Assembly: GCA_965208125.1 (NCBI GenBank)
Contig: OZ242320.1
Coordinates: forward strand, 832,001 to 896,000
Length of the DNA stretch: 64,000 bases
Origin: Candidatus Latescibacterota bacterium
GTDB taxonomy: Bacteria; Latescibacterota; UBA2968
Direction of reading: 5' to 3'
This document shows positions 17,456 to 28,300 of the stretch, piece by piece (the first letter of the stretch is position 1; every line of letters starts with the position of its first letter). The notes beneath the pieces were generated by a model that did no database searches, was not told where the DNA came from, and saw only the letters and a list, made by a program, of their open reading frames with translations. Made by a program: the position numbers and the translations under genes.

Positions 17456-20317
17456 ATGCGCTTATTATATATCCTTGCTTTCGTACTGTGGAATGCTTAC
17501 TCGGTCATAGCTCAGGATTTCGGCGGCTTGACTGGAAAAGTGAAAACAGAGGACGGAGTAATTTTATTCGGTGCCAATATCATAGTCAAAGGACCGGCCA
17601 TTGAAGGCACCCGGGGTGCAATCACCAATGACCAGGGAAACTATCGCATCGACCGCTTGCCGCCGGGCATTTACGAAATCACCATCAGTCATATCGGCTA
17701 TGAAACGGTGGTTGTATCGAATGTAGAAATCCGCGCTGGCGCAAGTATGACGCGAGATTTCAAATTGACCGCCGTAGTCCTCATTGGTCAACAGGTCGTG
17801 GTATCGGCATCGCGCAAACAGGAGAAAGCCCTGGACGCGCCTGCCTCAATTGCAACAGTCGAAGCGTCTGAAATCAGAAATCGAGAAGTCTTGACAATGA
17901 GTGAATATGTCAAGACTCTGCCCGGCGTTGACTATGCTCAAACAGGCATATCGCAAGGCAGCATGGTCGTTCGCGGATTCAACAAGGTATTTTCTGGCGC
18001 ATTGCTCACACTCGTTGACAACCGCATTGCCCGCATCCCTTCCCTGCGCCTCAATGCCTATGATTTGATCCCCCTTACCAGTGACGACATTGAGCGCATC
18101 GAAATCGTTCTGGGACCCGGATCCGCACTTTACGGTCCCAACAGTGCCAATGGCGTGATGCACATTATCACCCGCTCGCCATTTGGATCGGAAGGCAATA
18201 CAATTTCCATATCTGGCGGGCAGCGCAGTGTGAGAAAATTATCGCTGCGACACGCCAGCAGCCTCAACGACAAGATCGGGATCAAAATTTCGGGTGGATA
18301 TGTTGCAACCCATGACTGGGAATATGTCGATCCCCTGGAAGTGGAATCGCGCGGTTTTAATCCACGCGATTATAGCACAGAAAGGACAAGTGGAGAGTTC
18401 AGGCTCGACTTTCGACCAACAGATGACCTGACACTGATAGGATCGGCAGGCTATTCAAAAATGAGCGGCCTTCAACAGACGGATTTGGGTGCGGGCCAGG
18501 CAAAAGACTGGACCTATAATTTTTATCAAGGCCGTCTGCTCTATCGCGGGTGGTTTGCACAAATCTTCTACAACACCAGTAATGCGGGCGACACGGAACT
18601 GATCACAGCCGGCGACCCAATTGTAGATAATTCACATTTGATGGTCTTGCAATTGCAACACAATGCCAGTTTGGGCAAAAAACAACACTTCGCTTATGGT
18701 GCCGATGTACTGCTCACCCGACCCAAAACACAGGGCACAGTACACGGCATGCATGAAGACAATGACGACATCGATGAATACGGGATCTACCTGCAAAGCG
18801 AAACCAACCTGAGCGATCAAATCGATCTGATAATGGCCGGGCGTATCGACAAACACAGCCATATCGAAGATCTGTTTTTCTCACCCCGCGCAGCACTGAT
18901 CATTAAACCCAGCCCGTTCAACACCCTGCGATTGACATATAACCGAGCATTTAGCACGCCCTCAACCCCAGACTTATTTGTAGATCGAATCGGCGTCCCC
19001 GACGTCTTTATGCTGGGGACAAGTTTCAGCCCGATATTGGAATTTAGTCCAGCAATTGACCTTCGCGCACAGGGCACTGCCGGTACCGGATTCACATTTC
19101 GCAGAGACGACAATGGGCTACCCATGTTTCGGACGCCCTTCGCGCCTATAGCGGACCTGTCAAAAGATCACTACTTCTCTCTGCACGATCCCCAGGCCAC
19201 CAATTTGATGTGGCGTGCTGCCAGAGAGGCAATACTGAACGGCTTTCTATCTGAACTGGAACCTCTTGCAACAGAGCTTATCGCAGGCGGGCTTGGGCTA
19301 CCACCAGATCAAGCCGTTGCGCTGGTCGAAAAACTCGTCGAGATCTTTCCCGGAACTATCCCAGAGCAACTGCCGGGCTTGCAAAATACGGCTGCGATAC
19401 TGAATGCAGAAACGCAGGGTTTCGATCCCATACCCGACCTCGCCAATGCAGTGACAGACATAGAAAAACTCGGACCAACCATCACAGAAACCTTTGAATT
19501 GGGATACAAAGGCGTCATCAAAAACAAACTGATCCTGGCAGCCGATGTTTATCAAACCAGAATCAAAAATTTTGTCAGCCCGTTGCGGATTGAAACGCCC
19601 AACGTATTTCTCGCACCCGGTCCCTTAAGCGAAGCCCTGACAGACGCGCTTACCGAGAACCTGAAAGATCCTGCCAATGCAAGCCTCGCAATTGCCCTTA
19701 TTTTTTTAGATCAGCTCAACGAGCCAGAGTTGGGGTTGGTTGGCAATGGCAATGGAACAGGCGTGGATGAATTGACGCAGTTATTCGTAGCCAACGCCGC
19801 GCTGATCCCCTTTGGTACGATAGTACCCGAACAGGCAGCAGACCCCAATGCGGTGATCGTCGCACCTCGCAATTTTGGCAACATAACGCTCTACGGTGCT
19901 GACCTATCGCTTGCGTATTATCCAAACGAAATATGGGCTTTTACCGGCAATTATTCCTACGTCAGCAAGGATATGTTTCGCAATTTAGACAACATCGGCG
20001 ACATAGCCCTCAATGCTCCCAGACACAAATTTAATATCGGTATCGATTGCCAATTGCCCAATATACCGCTCACGATCCGGGGAAAATTTCGCTACCGCGA
20101 TGGCTTTCCAATGCAATCGGGTATATATGTCGGCAATGTAGATGCTCATACTGTTTTGGATTTGAATTTGACCTATCAGTTGCCACTTTCAAATGATCGC
20201 TTCAGCACCTCCTTAAATTTGAATGCCAGCAATTTGCTAAACCAGGAATACCGATCATTTGTCGGTTCGCCCTGGATCGGACGCCTGATTACAAGCAGCT
20301 TGCATGTTCGGTTCTAA
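17456..20317 (+). CDS. TonB-dependent receptor (copy 2, tandem paralogue)
   Basis: Colinear and highly similar to 14542-17400; SD AAGGAGG. Confidence 0.92.
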   Translation: MRLLYILAFVLWNAYSVIAQDFGGLTGKVKTEDGVILFGANIIVKGPAIEGTRGAITNDQGNYRIDRLPPGIYEITISHIGYETVVVSNVEIRAGASMTRDFKLTAVVLIGQQVVVSASRKQEKALDAPASIATVEASEIRNREVLTMSEYVKTLPGVDYAQTGISQGSMVVRGFNKVFSGALLTLVDNRIARIPSLRLNAYDLIPLTSDDIERIEIVLGPGSALYGPNSANGVMHIITRSPFGSEGNTISISGGQRSVRKLSLRHASSLNDKIGIKISGGYVATHDWEYVDPLEVESRGFNPRDYSTERTSGEFRLDFRPTDDLTLIGSAGYSKMSGLQQTDLGAGQAKDWTYNFYQGRLLYRGWFAQIFYNTSNAGDTELITAGDPIVDNSHLMVLQLQHNASLGKKQHFAYGADVLLTRPKTQGTVHGMHEDNDDIDEYGIYLQSETNLSDQIDLIMAGRIDKHSHIEDLFFSPRAALIIKPSPFNTLRLTYNRAFSTPSTPDLFVDRIGVPDVFMLGTSFSPILEFSPAIDLRAQGTAGTGFTFRRDDNGLPMFRTPFAPIADLSKDHYFSLHDPQATNLMWRAAREAILNGFLSELEPLATELIAGGLGLPPDQAVALVEKLVEIFPGTIPEQLPGLQNTAAILNAETQGFDPIPDLANAVTDIEKLGPTITETFELGYKGVIKNKLILAADVYQTRIKNFVSPLRIETPNVFLAPGPLSEALTDALTENLKDPANASLAIALIFLDQLNEPELGLVGNGNGTGVDELTQLFVANAALIPFGTIVPEQAADPNAVIVAPRNFGNITLYGADLSLAYYPNEIWAFTGNYSYVSKDMFRNLDNIGDIALNAPRHKFNIGIDCQLPNIPLTIRGKFRYRDGFPMQSGIYVGNVDAHTVLDLNLTYQLPLSNDRFSTSLNLNASNLLNQEYRSFVGSPWIGRLITSSLHVRF

Positions 20318-20340
20318 TACTTCTCTGTTTTCATCTCTAT

Positions 20341-20376
20341 AAAAAAAATCCGAATCATTGCGATTCGGATTTTTTT
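20341..20376. terminator. Bidirectional intrinsic terminator
   Basis: A-run, TCCGAATC/GATTCGGA stem, T-run between convergent genes. Confidence 0.85.
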
Positions 20377-20388
20377 ATTCTTCGAGAT

Positions 20389-21579
20389 TTACCCAGGCGG
20401 CTGATAGGGCCGGGATTCTGGATCGCGTTCGGGAAGCCCCAAACTATCCCAAAAAATTGTGTGATCAAATGGCGTGAGGCGAAAATCCGGAATGGGAACT
20501 GGCGCACCGCCCAACTCGGCGGATTTATTTGCCAGAATCCCCGGCAGACAGTATTCAATGGCGCGATACACATCAATCGGCGATGGCTTGCCAGCGAGAA
20601 TAGACTGTGTAAAATGTCGGGCGAGTTTTAAGTCTGCACCGCCGTGACCTGCAGAAGTATCATCGCCATGTGCGCCAAGGCCAACAGGCAAAACCTCCCA
20701 ACCACTGCGATGATCCGCCCCTCGAGAAAAGCGACGAGCGTGTTTTTCATAGCTAAACCATTCGGCACCGCCCTCAACGCCAAAAATGCGATAGCGATGT
20801 TCAGAAGGCCGGGCCGTATTGAGCGTAACCATAATTTTAATAAGCGCGCCCTTTGCTGTTTCGAACACCGCGATCTGACCGTCGGAACGCAGAGGCGCGT
20901 CAGCACTTCGGAACGGCGCGCTGCGACAAGAAACAGAAACACAGCGATCGTCAATCACTTCGAGCAATGGCCCCAGGTCATGCGTCAGATATTGAATAGG
21001 AGGTTGATCGGCACGCCAGATCGGCATTGTATCGGTATAACCGGCTGCCCGCGCTCGCGTCGGCGTATGCCGCGAACTATCCGGGCGCAAAAGCGTGGCC
21101 GGCAAATGGTGAATATATTCGCCTTCGGCAATGGAAATAGGGCCAAATCGATCTTCGACAACCCACTTGCGGAAATAGCGAAAAAAATCCCAATAACAGG
21201 TATTTTCTCCCAGCATATAGGTTTTGCCCGTATATTCAACAGTCTGGCGCAAATTCATACACTCTTCTTGCGTATAAGCCCCCGGCACTTCCGAAAGCAC
21301 ATGACACCCCGCGCGCATCGCCTCACACCCGTGTTTCACCTGTAATTTCCCATTCGTAGCAACCACAATAGCATCGGGGTTGAGATCGAGCAAATCGTCA
21401 AACTCGGGCAAAATCGGAGCCGTTGCACCAACCGATGTCAGGTGTTGCTCGGCGCGTTCTCTCAAACGCGGAAAGCGGTCACAAGCACCAATAACCTCAG
21501 CCTCTTCCAGAGCGAGAAAATTTCTGAAATGCGTAAAACCGCGACCGAGGCCCAGAATACCAACTTTGAGCTTATCCAT
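20389..21579 (-). CDS. Gfo/Idh/MocA-family oxidoreductase
   Basis: LKVGILGLGRG Rossmann motif, HVLSEVP, AEGEYIH, GHGGAD; start moved to ATG 21579. Confidence 0.85.
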   Translation of the reverse strand: MDKLKVGILGLGRGFTHFRNFLALEEAEVIGACDRFPRLRERAEQHLTSVGATAPILPEFDDLLDLNPDAIVVATNGKLQVKHGCEAMRAGCHVLSEVPGAYTQEECMNLRQTVEYTGKTYMLGENTCYWDFFRYFRKWVVEDRFGPISIAEGEYIHHLPATLLRPDSSRHTPTRARAAGYTDTMPIWRADQPPIQYLTHDLGPLLEVIDDRCVSVSCRSAPFRSADAPLRSDGQIAVFETAKGALIKIMVTLNTARPSEHRYRIFGVEGGAEWFSYEKHARRFSRGADHRSGWEVLPVGLGAHGDDTSAGHGGADLKLARHFTQSILAGKPSPIDVYRAIEYCLPGILANKSAELGGAPVPIPDFRLTPFDHTIFWDSLGLPERDPESRPYQPPG

Positions 21580-21597
21580 AGTTAAACCCCTCAATAT

Positions 21598-21677
21598 GCG
21601 AATCAACGAATCAACGAACCCTGCCCATCCTCCCCAAACCAGTATTTATCTCCATTCGTCTATTCGTCTATTCGTCC
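21598..21677. repeat. Inverted octamer tandem-repeat element overlapping the pheT stop
   Basis: About 3 copies of ACGAATCA, spacer, then ATTCGTCT x3. Confidence 0.65.
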
Positions 21678-23360
21678 AGCAGACACAATGCGGATATCAA
21701 TCTCAAATGCACTGACGGGATAATTTATACCCCAAGTTTCGAGAACGCCGGGATGCACTTCGCCAATAAGCCCGTAAACGCGCTCGCCTATGCGGATCTC
21801 ACCACTGCGCCCGGGCAAAAATGTGGGATGATCAATCGGCGCAATAGTATATTCAAAATTAAAATAATAGGATAACACCTCGAGAAAGCTCTGAATACCG
21901 GACAAATTGGCTTCGTCACTCGCTTCGAGCGCGCAAAGATGAATATCTGTGCGCGTACCGTAATTTTCCCCCAGATCGAGCACCCCCACTTCCCCCACCT
22001 CAAAAATCCGATGTGGGTACAGCGCGCGACGGCTTGTGGCTTCGGTCTTCAGCAAACCGGGCAACAACGACCCTCGAATCGCGCTGTAATTTTCGGACAT
22101 GGGATTTGAAATCGAAATAATCTTTGCATCCGGATTATTCATATCCACAGTCTGTTCTTTTTGAGAACAGAGAATTGGCAAAAAGACCTCTTGAAATCCG
22201 CTCCCAACCATGAGATTGCGAAATCGGTCTGCGAGATCCTCTTCTGGCGCTGCTTTGCCAACCGTAAAATCCCGGGGCATCTCGGGTTCAAAAGCCTCGT
22301 ACCCCACGCCGATCACAACATCTTCCACAACATCTACGGAATGTAAAATATCGTCGCGATACGGTGCTGGACGCACGCTGATACGCTCGTCCTGTACATC
22401 GATATCCCGATAACCCATAGCGCTGAGCGCAGTCTGAATCTGCCCCATCGAAATATGTGCCCCAACCACCTTGTAAATCTCATCTAAATCCACCTGCACA
22501 GGCTCGGTCAAATCATAGGGACACGTCACATCTCGTCCTCTCGGCGTCTGATATGGATAGCGCACAGTTACGGGATAAATGCGGCCACCCCGGTCAGCCA
22601 TATTGACCGCCATAATCGCCATAGACAATAAAATAGCATCGAGTTCAGGCCCCGTCGCTTCGCAAAATAAAAACGCATCCCCCACTTCAACGCGCCCCAG
22701 ACTCTGGCTATTAATCACAGGAGGCATAGAAAGAACCTCGCCGCGCGAATCTCGGATCAGGGGAAACTTATCCTTCCCCTCGAGGAGATGTGCATACGTT
22801 CTGCCCGTGGGATGATCGGACAAAATCTGTCGCAAAGACATCTCATCCTCAAACTCCAGAGGAACAAAAGCAGTTTTATCGGGATCAACCGCATCGTATC
22901 GCACCGGATACACAATATCTGATGCATCGTAAATCCCAATCGCAACAACACTGCGACCGCGACCATATCCATCGGAGAGTTTTTCCTGCGCCTCGATAAG
23001 CGCGTCAAGTGCTGCCTCGTCAATCGCAATACCCTCACACGCAAAAGCGGCAATATAAGGACGGATATTTTGCAACCCGGGATCGACAATAACCTCCCGT
23101 TCTTCCGATACACCAGACGCATCAAAAAAAGAATAGTCCGGCTGAACATTCTCCCGATGGCTTTTGAGCAACCGCGCAAGCCCCTCTGCCGACCAGAGAT
23201 CGGGGCGGTTGGTATCTTTGAGCTGAATGCGAAGCGTATCGCCCTCTTCCGCATCGATCTCGGCCTTGGCAGTTTCAAGCGCAGCACTCAAACTCTCCGA
23301 AGAATAAACCTGCCCTGCGAGACGTTCAAAATCGGGTTTATTAACTGTAATCGTTGGCAT
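21660..23360 (-). CDS. pheT: Phenylalanine--tRNA ligase beta subunit, archaeal/eukaryal type
   Basis: 566 aa; MPTITV start, DTNRPDLWSAEG, LSMPPVINS, YRDDILH..DVVED; lacks bacterial B2 and B8 domains. Confidence 0.92.
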   Translation of the reverse strand: MPTITVNKPDFERLAGQVYSSESLSAALETAKAEIDAEEGDTLRIQLKDTNRPDLWSAEGLARLLKSHRENVQPDYSFFDASGVSEEREVIVDPGLQNIRPYIAAFACEGIAIDEAALDALIEAQEKLSDGYGRGRSVVAIGIYDASDIVYPVRYDAVDPDKTAFVPLEFEDEMSLRQILSDHPTGRTYAHLLEGKDKFPLIRDSRGEVLSMPPVINSQSLGRVEVGDAFLFCEATGPELDAILLSMAIMAVNMADRGGRIYPVTVRYPYQTPRGRDVTCPYDLTEPVQVDLDEIYKVVGAHISMGQIQTALSAMGYRDIDVQDERISVRPAPYRDDILHSVDVVEDVVIGVGYEAFEPEMPRDFTVGKAAPEEDLADRFRNLMVGSGFQEVFLPILCSQKEQTVDMNNPDAKIISISNPMSENYSAIRGSLLPGLLKTEATSRRALYPHRIFEVGEVGVLDLGENYGTRTDIHLCALEASDEANLSGIQSFLEVLSYYFNFEYTIAPIDHPTFLPGRSGEIRIGERVYGLIGEVHPGVLETWGINYPVSAFEIDIRIVSAGRIDE

Positions 23361-23368
23361 TTTTACTC

Positions 23369-24910
23369 CTACCGCGTATTCCTGACCAGATCCAAATCCG
23401 TACTGAACAAATCGCGTATATCGTTAATACCCAGCGCGACCATCGCCATTCGATCAACCCCCAGACCCCAGGCAATCACTGGAACATCCACACCCAGCGG
23501 TCGTGTAAGCTCAGGACGAAAAAGACCCGCGCCCCCAAGCTCGATCCAGCCCAGAACGGGATGCTTCGCCTGAAGTTCTACCGAAGGCTCGGTAAAAGGA
23601 AAATAATCGGGCACATAGCGCACATCTTCGGCCTGCGCGATCTCAAGCGCGAACAACTTGAGCAAACCGAGCAAACTGCGAAAATTTATCTCCTCGCCCA
23701 AAACAATACCCTCAGCCTGAAAAAAATCCGCTGCATGCGTGGCATCCACATCATCCGGGCGAAAGCAACGCGCAAGCGCGAAATACTTACCCGGCACATT
23801 TAGCTCTGAAGCCAGCGTACGCGCCGAAAGCGCGGTACCCTGACTCCGCAAAATAAGGCGGCGCGACTGTTCGGAATTGAACTCATAACGCCACCCGCGC
23901 GAACCTGTCTCGCCCCCATGATGATGCGCCTCAGCCACCCTGGAAAAATAGGGTTCTTCAGCCTCTCGGGATCGCGTCGGCTCCGTCAAATAATAAACAT
24001 CGTGAATATTGCGCGCCGCGTGGAACTGCGGCATAAAAAGCGCATCCATATTCCAGAACTCGGTCTCCACCAGCGAACCTCTCATCTCTTCAAAACCGAG
24101 CGCCATCAATCGACGCCGCACATTATCGAGATACGCCCGATAGGGATGGTGCTTTCCAATAAGCACACGCGGCGGCTTAATCGACAGATCATATCGGCGA
24201 AAAGACGCGCCCTGCCATGTGCCCTTCTGAATCATTTCCGGCGTAAGACGAGAAATCTCATCACCCGTAAGATTGGCTTTGACAACCTCCACAAGCACGC
24301 GCCGTCCTTCTTCCGTAAGACAATAAACCCGCTCTATACGCTCGTCCAAACGAACAGGTCCCCTGCTCCCACCGCGTTTGCGGGCATTGGCTTCAATATA
24401 TTGGACAATATCACCGGGAAAATCATCAATCTCAATTCCAGTATCGGAAAATTTGTGAAAAAATTCTGGCATCAGTCGATCAACAAAAAAAGAAGCCCGA
24501 TCTGTATCGACAATAACAATAGCCCCCTTATCCAGATCGATAACCCCATCCTTTTTCAAACCGCCAAACGCACTGCCCCAGGCACCTCTGTCAAACCGCT
24601 CGTCGGCTTGCAAGTCCTGGATCCCGACGCGCTCTGCGCTCGCCCGGGCCAAAAGTGCGGTCTCTGGCGTCGCGCCCTTTGAGGCAAAATCCCGTCCCAC
24701 TTCCGTAAGCGAAACAGTTACTTGCGTATTTTCCCCGGTAACTTCCAGCAAATGCTTGGAAATCAGCCACTCAACCGCGCGCCGAACCTGTCCTTCGCCG
24801 AGATCCGCACCACTTTGAAGCTGTGCATCGGACTGCTCGGCACTGGCATTATTCTCATATACACGCAAAATGCGAATTTCGAGGGCATGTAAAGAAGCGA
24901 GATCAATCAA
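23369..24910 (-). CDS. pheS: Phenylalanine--tRNA ligase alpha subunit, archaeal/eukaryal type
   Basis: 513 aa with long N-terminal extension; FWNMDALFMPQFHAAR, FRPD.VDATH, YFPFTEPS, AWGLGVDR; TTG start with SD AAGGAG. Confidence 0.92.
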   Translation of the reverse strand: MIDLASLHALEIRILRVYENNASAEQSDAQLQSGADLGEGQVRRAVEWLISKHLLEVTGENTQVTVSLTEVGRDFASKGATPETALLARASAERVGIQDLQADERFDRGAWGSAFGGLKKDGVIDLDKGAIVIVDTDRASFFVDRLMPEFFHKFSDTGIEIDDFPGDIVQYIEANARKRGGSRGPVRLDERIERVYCLTEEGRRVLVEVVKANLTGDEISRLTPEMIQKGTWQGASFRRYDLSIKPPRVLIGKHHPYRAYLDNVRRRLMALGFEEMRGSLVETEFWNMDALFMPQFHAARNIHDVYYLTEPTRSREAEEPYFSRVAEAHHHGGETGSRGWRYEFNSEQSRRLILRSQGTALSARTLASELNVPGKYFALARCFRPDDVDATHAADFFQAEGIVLGEEINFRSLLGLLKLFALEIAQAEDVRYVPDYFPFTEPSVELQAKHPVLGWIELGGAGLFRPELTRPLGVDVPVIAWGLGVDRMAMVALGINDIRDLFSTDLDLVRNTR

Positions 24911-24951
24911 AAGAAACTCCTTATGCAGCGATCAACACTCTACTGACTGTC

Positions 24952-25025
24952 GGGACGGCACAGGGGCCGTCCCCTACGATGCTATTGTTAATCCAATTTG
25001 TAGGGGCGACCCCCTGTGGTCGCCC
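24952..25025. repeat. Pair of GTAG-type REP elements in the pheS leader
   Basis: GGGACGGCACAGGGGCCGTCCCCTAC (24952-24977) and GTAGGGGCGACCCCCTGTGGTCGCCC (25000-25025). Confidence 0.75.
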
Positions 25026-25034
25026 ATTAACAAC

Positions 25035-25302
25035 AAAAAAGCCCCTTCGTCATCATAGGGACGAAAGAGCTTTTCGCGGTACCACCCTATTTGCGCTAAA
25101 AAGCACCACTCAATAGATGGCCATCACCATCCTGTCCATTGTCGGCGGACCCACCGGCTCGGCTTAATAGGAAACTATCTTTCCATTCGGCTTTGCAGCT
25201 CGGGAGGGAACTTCGCCTGTGCATCCTGCAGATGTGCTTTCAGCCCAGGACACATCCTCTCTGTGCAGTTGGGAACAGGTTACTTTTCTCCGTCATTGCT
25301 TT
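25035..25302 (-). ncRNA. T-box riboswitch (Phe, specifier UUC)
   Basis: AGUA box, AGAGAG, GCUGAAA, specifier GAAG-UUC-C (25208-25210), T-box AAUAGGGUGGUACCGCG, antiterminator partner CGUCCCU and terminator with U-tract. Confidence 0.92.
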
Positions 25303-25310
25303 GGAGAGAA

Positions 25311-25339
25311 AACATAGAAATTTGCACTACAAGTGTCAA
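25311..25339 (-). promoter_or_regulatory. Sigma70 promoter TTGACA-N17-TATGTT for T-box-pheST
   Basis: Consensus -35 and 17-nt spacer immediately before T-box stem I. Confidence 0.75.
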
Positions 25340-25355
25340 GCCGAAAGTCGCAAAC

Positions 25356-28300
25356 CTATCCGCCAACCGATTTGCCAAAGACACTCACAAGCAGAAGAAA
25401 ATCGGGAAAGTCAACAGCACCGTTCCCATTGATATCGTATTGGGCCTGGGACGATCCAAAGGCACTCACAAACAGGAGAAAATCAGTAAATTCGACTACG
25501 CCATTGCCGTCAAAATCCGATTTGGCCTCCACAGAAAGCGGCTGGACAACGCCAGAAATCGTCAGCGTATGCTTTGCGCGATCCGGATCATTACTCGAAA
25601 TGGTGATAAGCCCCGAAAATGTGCCTTCCATGGGTTTGGGAAACGCAATCATAACCGTCGCCGAACTATCCGGAGGCAACGTAAACATCACAGGATCAAA
25701 TGTCAAACCCGACACATCGCTCTCAATACCCGTAATCTCCAACGGCGCAGTACCCGTATTCGTAATCGTAAAAGTCTGCTGGGCCGTCTTTTCGGCATCA
25801 ATAGTACCGAAATCAATTGCGGATTCTCCCACAACCAGCACCGGCGCAGGTGCCGCCTGCACAATCACAGACACAGATAATGTCTGGGTTGCACGATCCG
25901 GATCATTACTCGAAATGGTGATAAGCCCCGAAAACGTACCCTCCACAGAACTCGGAAACGTCACTGTCACTGTGCGCGAACTATCCGGAGATAGTGTAAA
26001 CATCACAGGATCAAACGTCAGACCCGACACATCGCTCTCGATACCCGTAATCTCAAGGGGAGCCGTACCCGTATTCGTCACCGTAATCGTCTGCTGAACC
26101 GGTTGAGCAAACGCAACTGTGCCAAAGTCAATTGCTGTTTGCTGAACAGTGATAGCCGGAACAGGTCGCGGTTGAACAATCACAGAAATTGACAGCGTAT
26201 GCTTTGCGCGATCCGGATCATTACTCGAAATAGTGATATTGCCTGAAAACGTGCCCTCCACAGAACTCGGAAACGTCACTGTCACCGTCTGTGAACCATT
26301 AGGTTCCAGCGTGAACATCGTATTATCAAACGTCAAACCCGACACATCACTCTCAATACCCGTAATCTCAAGGGAGGCCGTGCCCATATTCGTAATTGTA
26401 ATCGTCTGCTGAACCGGTTGAGCAAACGCAACTGTACCAAAATCAATTGACGTTTCCTGAACACTAATCGCTGGCACAGGTGCCGCCTGTACGATCACAG
26501 ACACAGATAATGTCTGCTTTGCGCGATCCGGATCATTACTCGAAATGGTGATAAGCCCCGAAAACGTACCCTCCACAGAACTCGGAAACGTCACTGTCAC
26601 TGTGCGCGAACTATCCGGAGATAGTGTAAACATCGCAGGATCAAAGGTTAGACCCGACACATCGCTCTCAATACCTGTAATCTCCAAATCCGCGGTACCT
26701 GTATTTGTAATCGTAATCGTCTGCTGAACCTGTTGCTCAAACGCAACAGTGCCGAAATTAACTTCCTCTTGTGGCACAGAGATCGCCGGAACAGGGGGCG
26801 GTTGAACGATCACAGAAATTTTCAGCCTATGCTTCGCTTGATCCGGATCATTACTCGAAATAGTGATATTACCTGAAAACGTGCCCTCCACAGAACTCGG
26901 AAATGTCACCGTCACCATCTGTGAACCATTAGGTGCCAGCGTGAACGTTGTAGTATCAAACGTCAGCCCCGACACATCGCTCTCTATACCTGTTATCTCT
27001 AAATCCGCGGTACCCGTATTTGTAATCGTAATCGTCTGCTGAACCGATTGGGCAAATGCAACAGTACCAAAGTCAATTTTCGTTTCCTGAACACTGATCG
27101 CTGGCACAGGTCGTGGCTGAACGATCACAGAAATTTTCAGCCTATGCTTCGCTTGATCCGGATCATTGCTCGAAATAGTGATAAACCCCGAAAACGTGCC
27201 CTCCACAGAACTCGGAAATGTAATCGTAACTGTCTGTGAACCATTAGGTGCCAGCGTGAATATCGTCGTATCAAACGTCAGCCCCGACACATCGCTCTCT
27301 ATACCCGTAATCTCAAGAGGCGCTGTTCCAGTATTCGTGATCGTAATCGTCTCTTGAACCGGTTGGGCAAACGCAACAGTACCAAAGTCAATCGCTGTTT
27401 GTTGTACCGAGATCGCTGGCACAGGTGCCGCCTGCACAATCACAGAAATCGATAGCGTATGCCTTGCGCGATCCGGATCATTGCTCAAAATATTGATACT
27501 ACCCGAAAACGTACCCTCTGTCGAATTCGGAAACGTCACTGTAACCGTGCGTGATCCATTGGGTTCCAGCGTGAACATCGTAGTATCAAATGTCAATCCC
27601 GACACATCGCTCTCAATACCCGTTATCTCCAACGAAGCTGTGCCCGTATTTGTAATCGTAATCGTCTCTTGAATCGGTTGACCTACCTCAACAGTACCGA
27701 AATCAACTGCCGTTTGTTGCACACTGATCGCAGGCACAGGAGGCGGCTGCACAATCACAGACACGGATAATGTCTGTGTTGCACGTTCCAGATCGTTACT
27801 CGAAATAGTGATATTCCCTGAAAACGTGCCTTCCGTCGAACTCGGAAACGTCACCGTCACCGTGCGCGAACCGCCAGGTTCCAGTGTGAACGTAGAAGGT
27901 TCAAACGTCAATCCCGACACATCGCTCTCAATACCCGTTATCTCAAGAGGCGCTGTTCCCGTATTTTGGACTGTGAAAGTCGCTTGAACCGATTGTGCAA
28001 ACGCAACAGTACCGAAATCAATCACTGTTTCCTGAATAGAGATCGCTGGCACAGGTCGCGGTTGGACAATACCAGAAACGGATAAGGTCTGTGTTCCACG
28101 TTCCAGATCGTTACTCAAAATAGTGATATTTCCCGAAAACGTACCCTCTGTCGAACTCGGAAACGTCACCGTCACCGTCCGCGAACTATTGGGTTCCAAT
28201 GTAAACATCGTAGTATCAAACGTCAGACCAGACACATCGCTCTCTATACCTGTAATCTCCAACGTTGCAGTACCCGTATTCGTAATCGTAATCGTATCCT

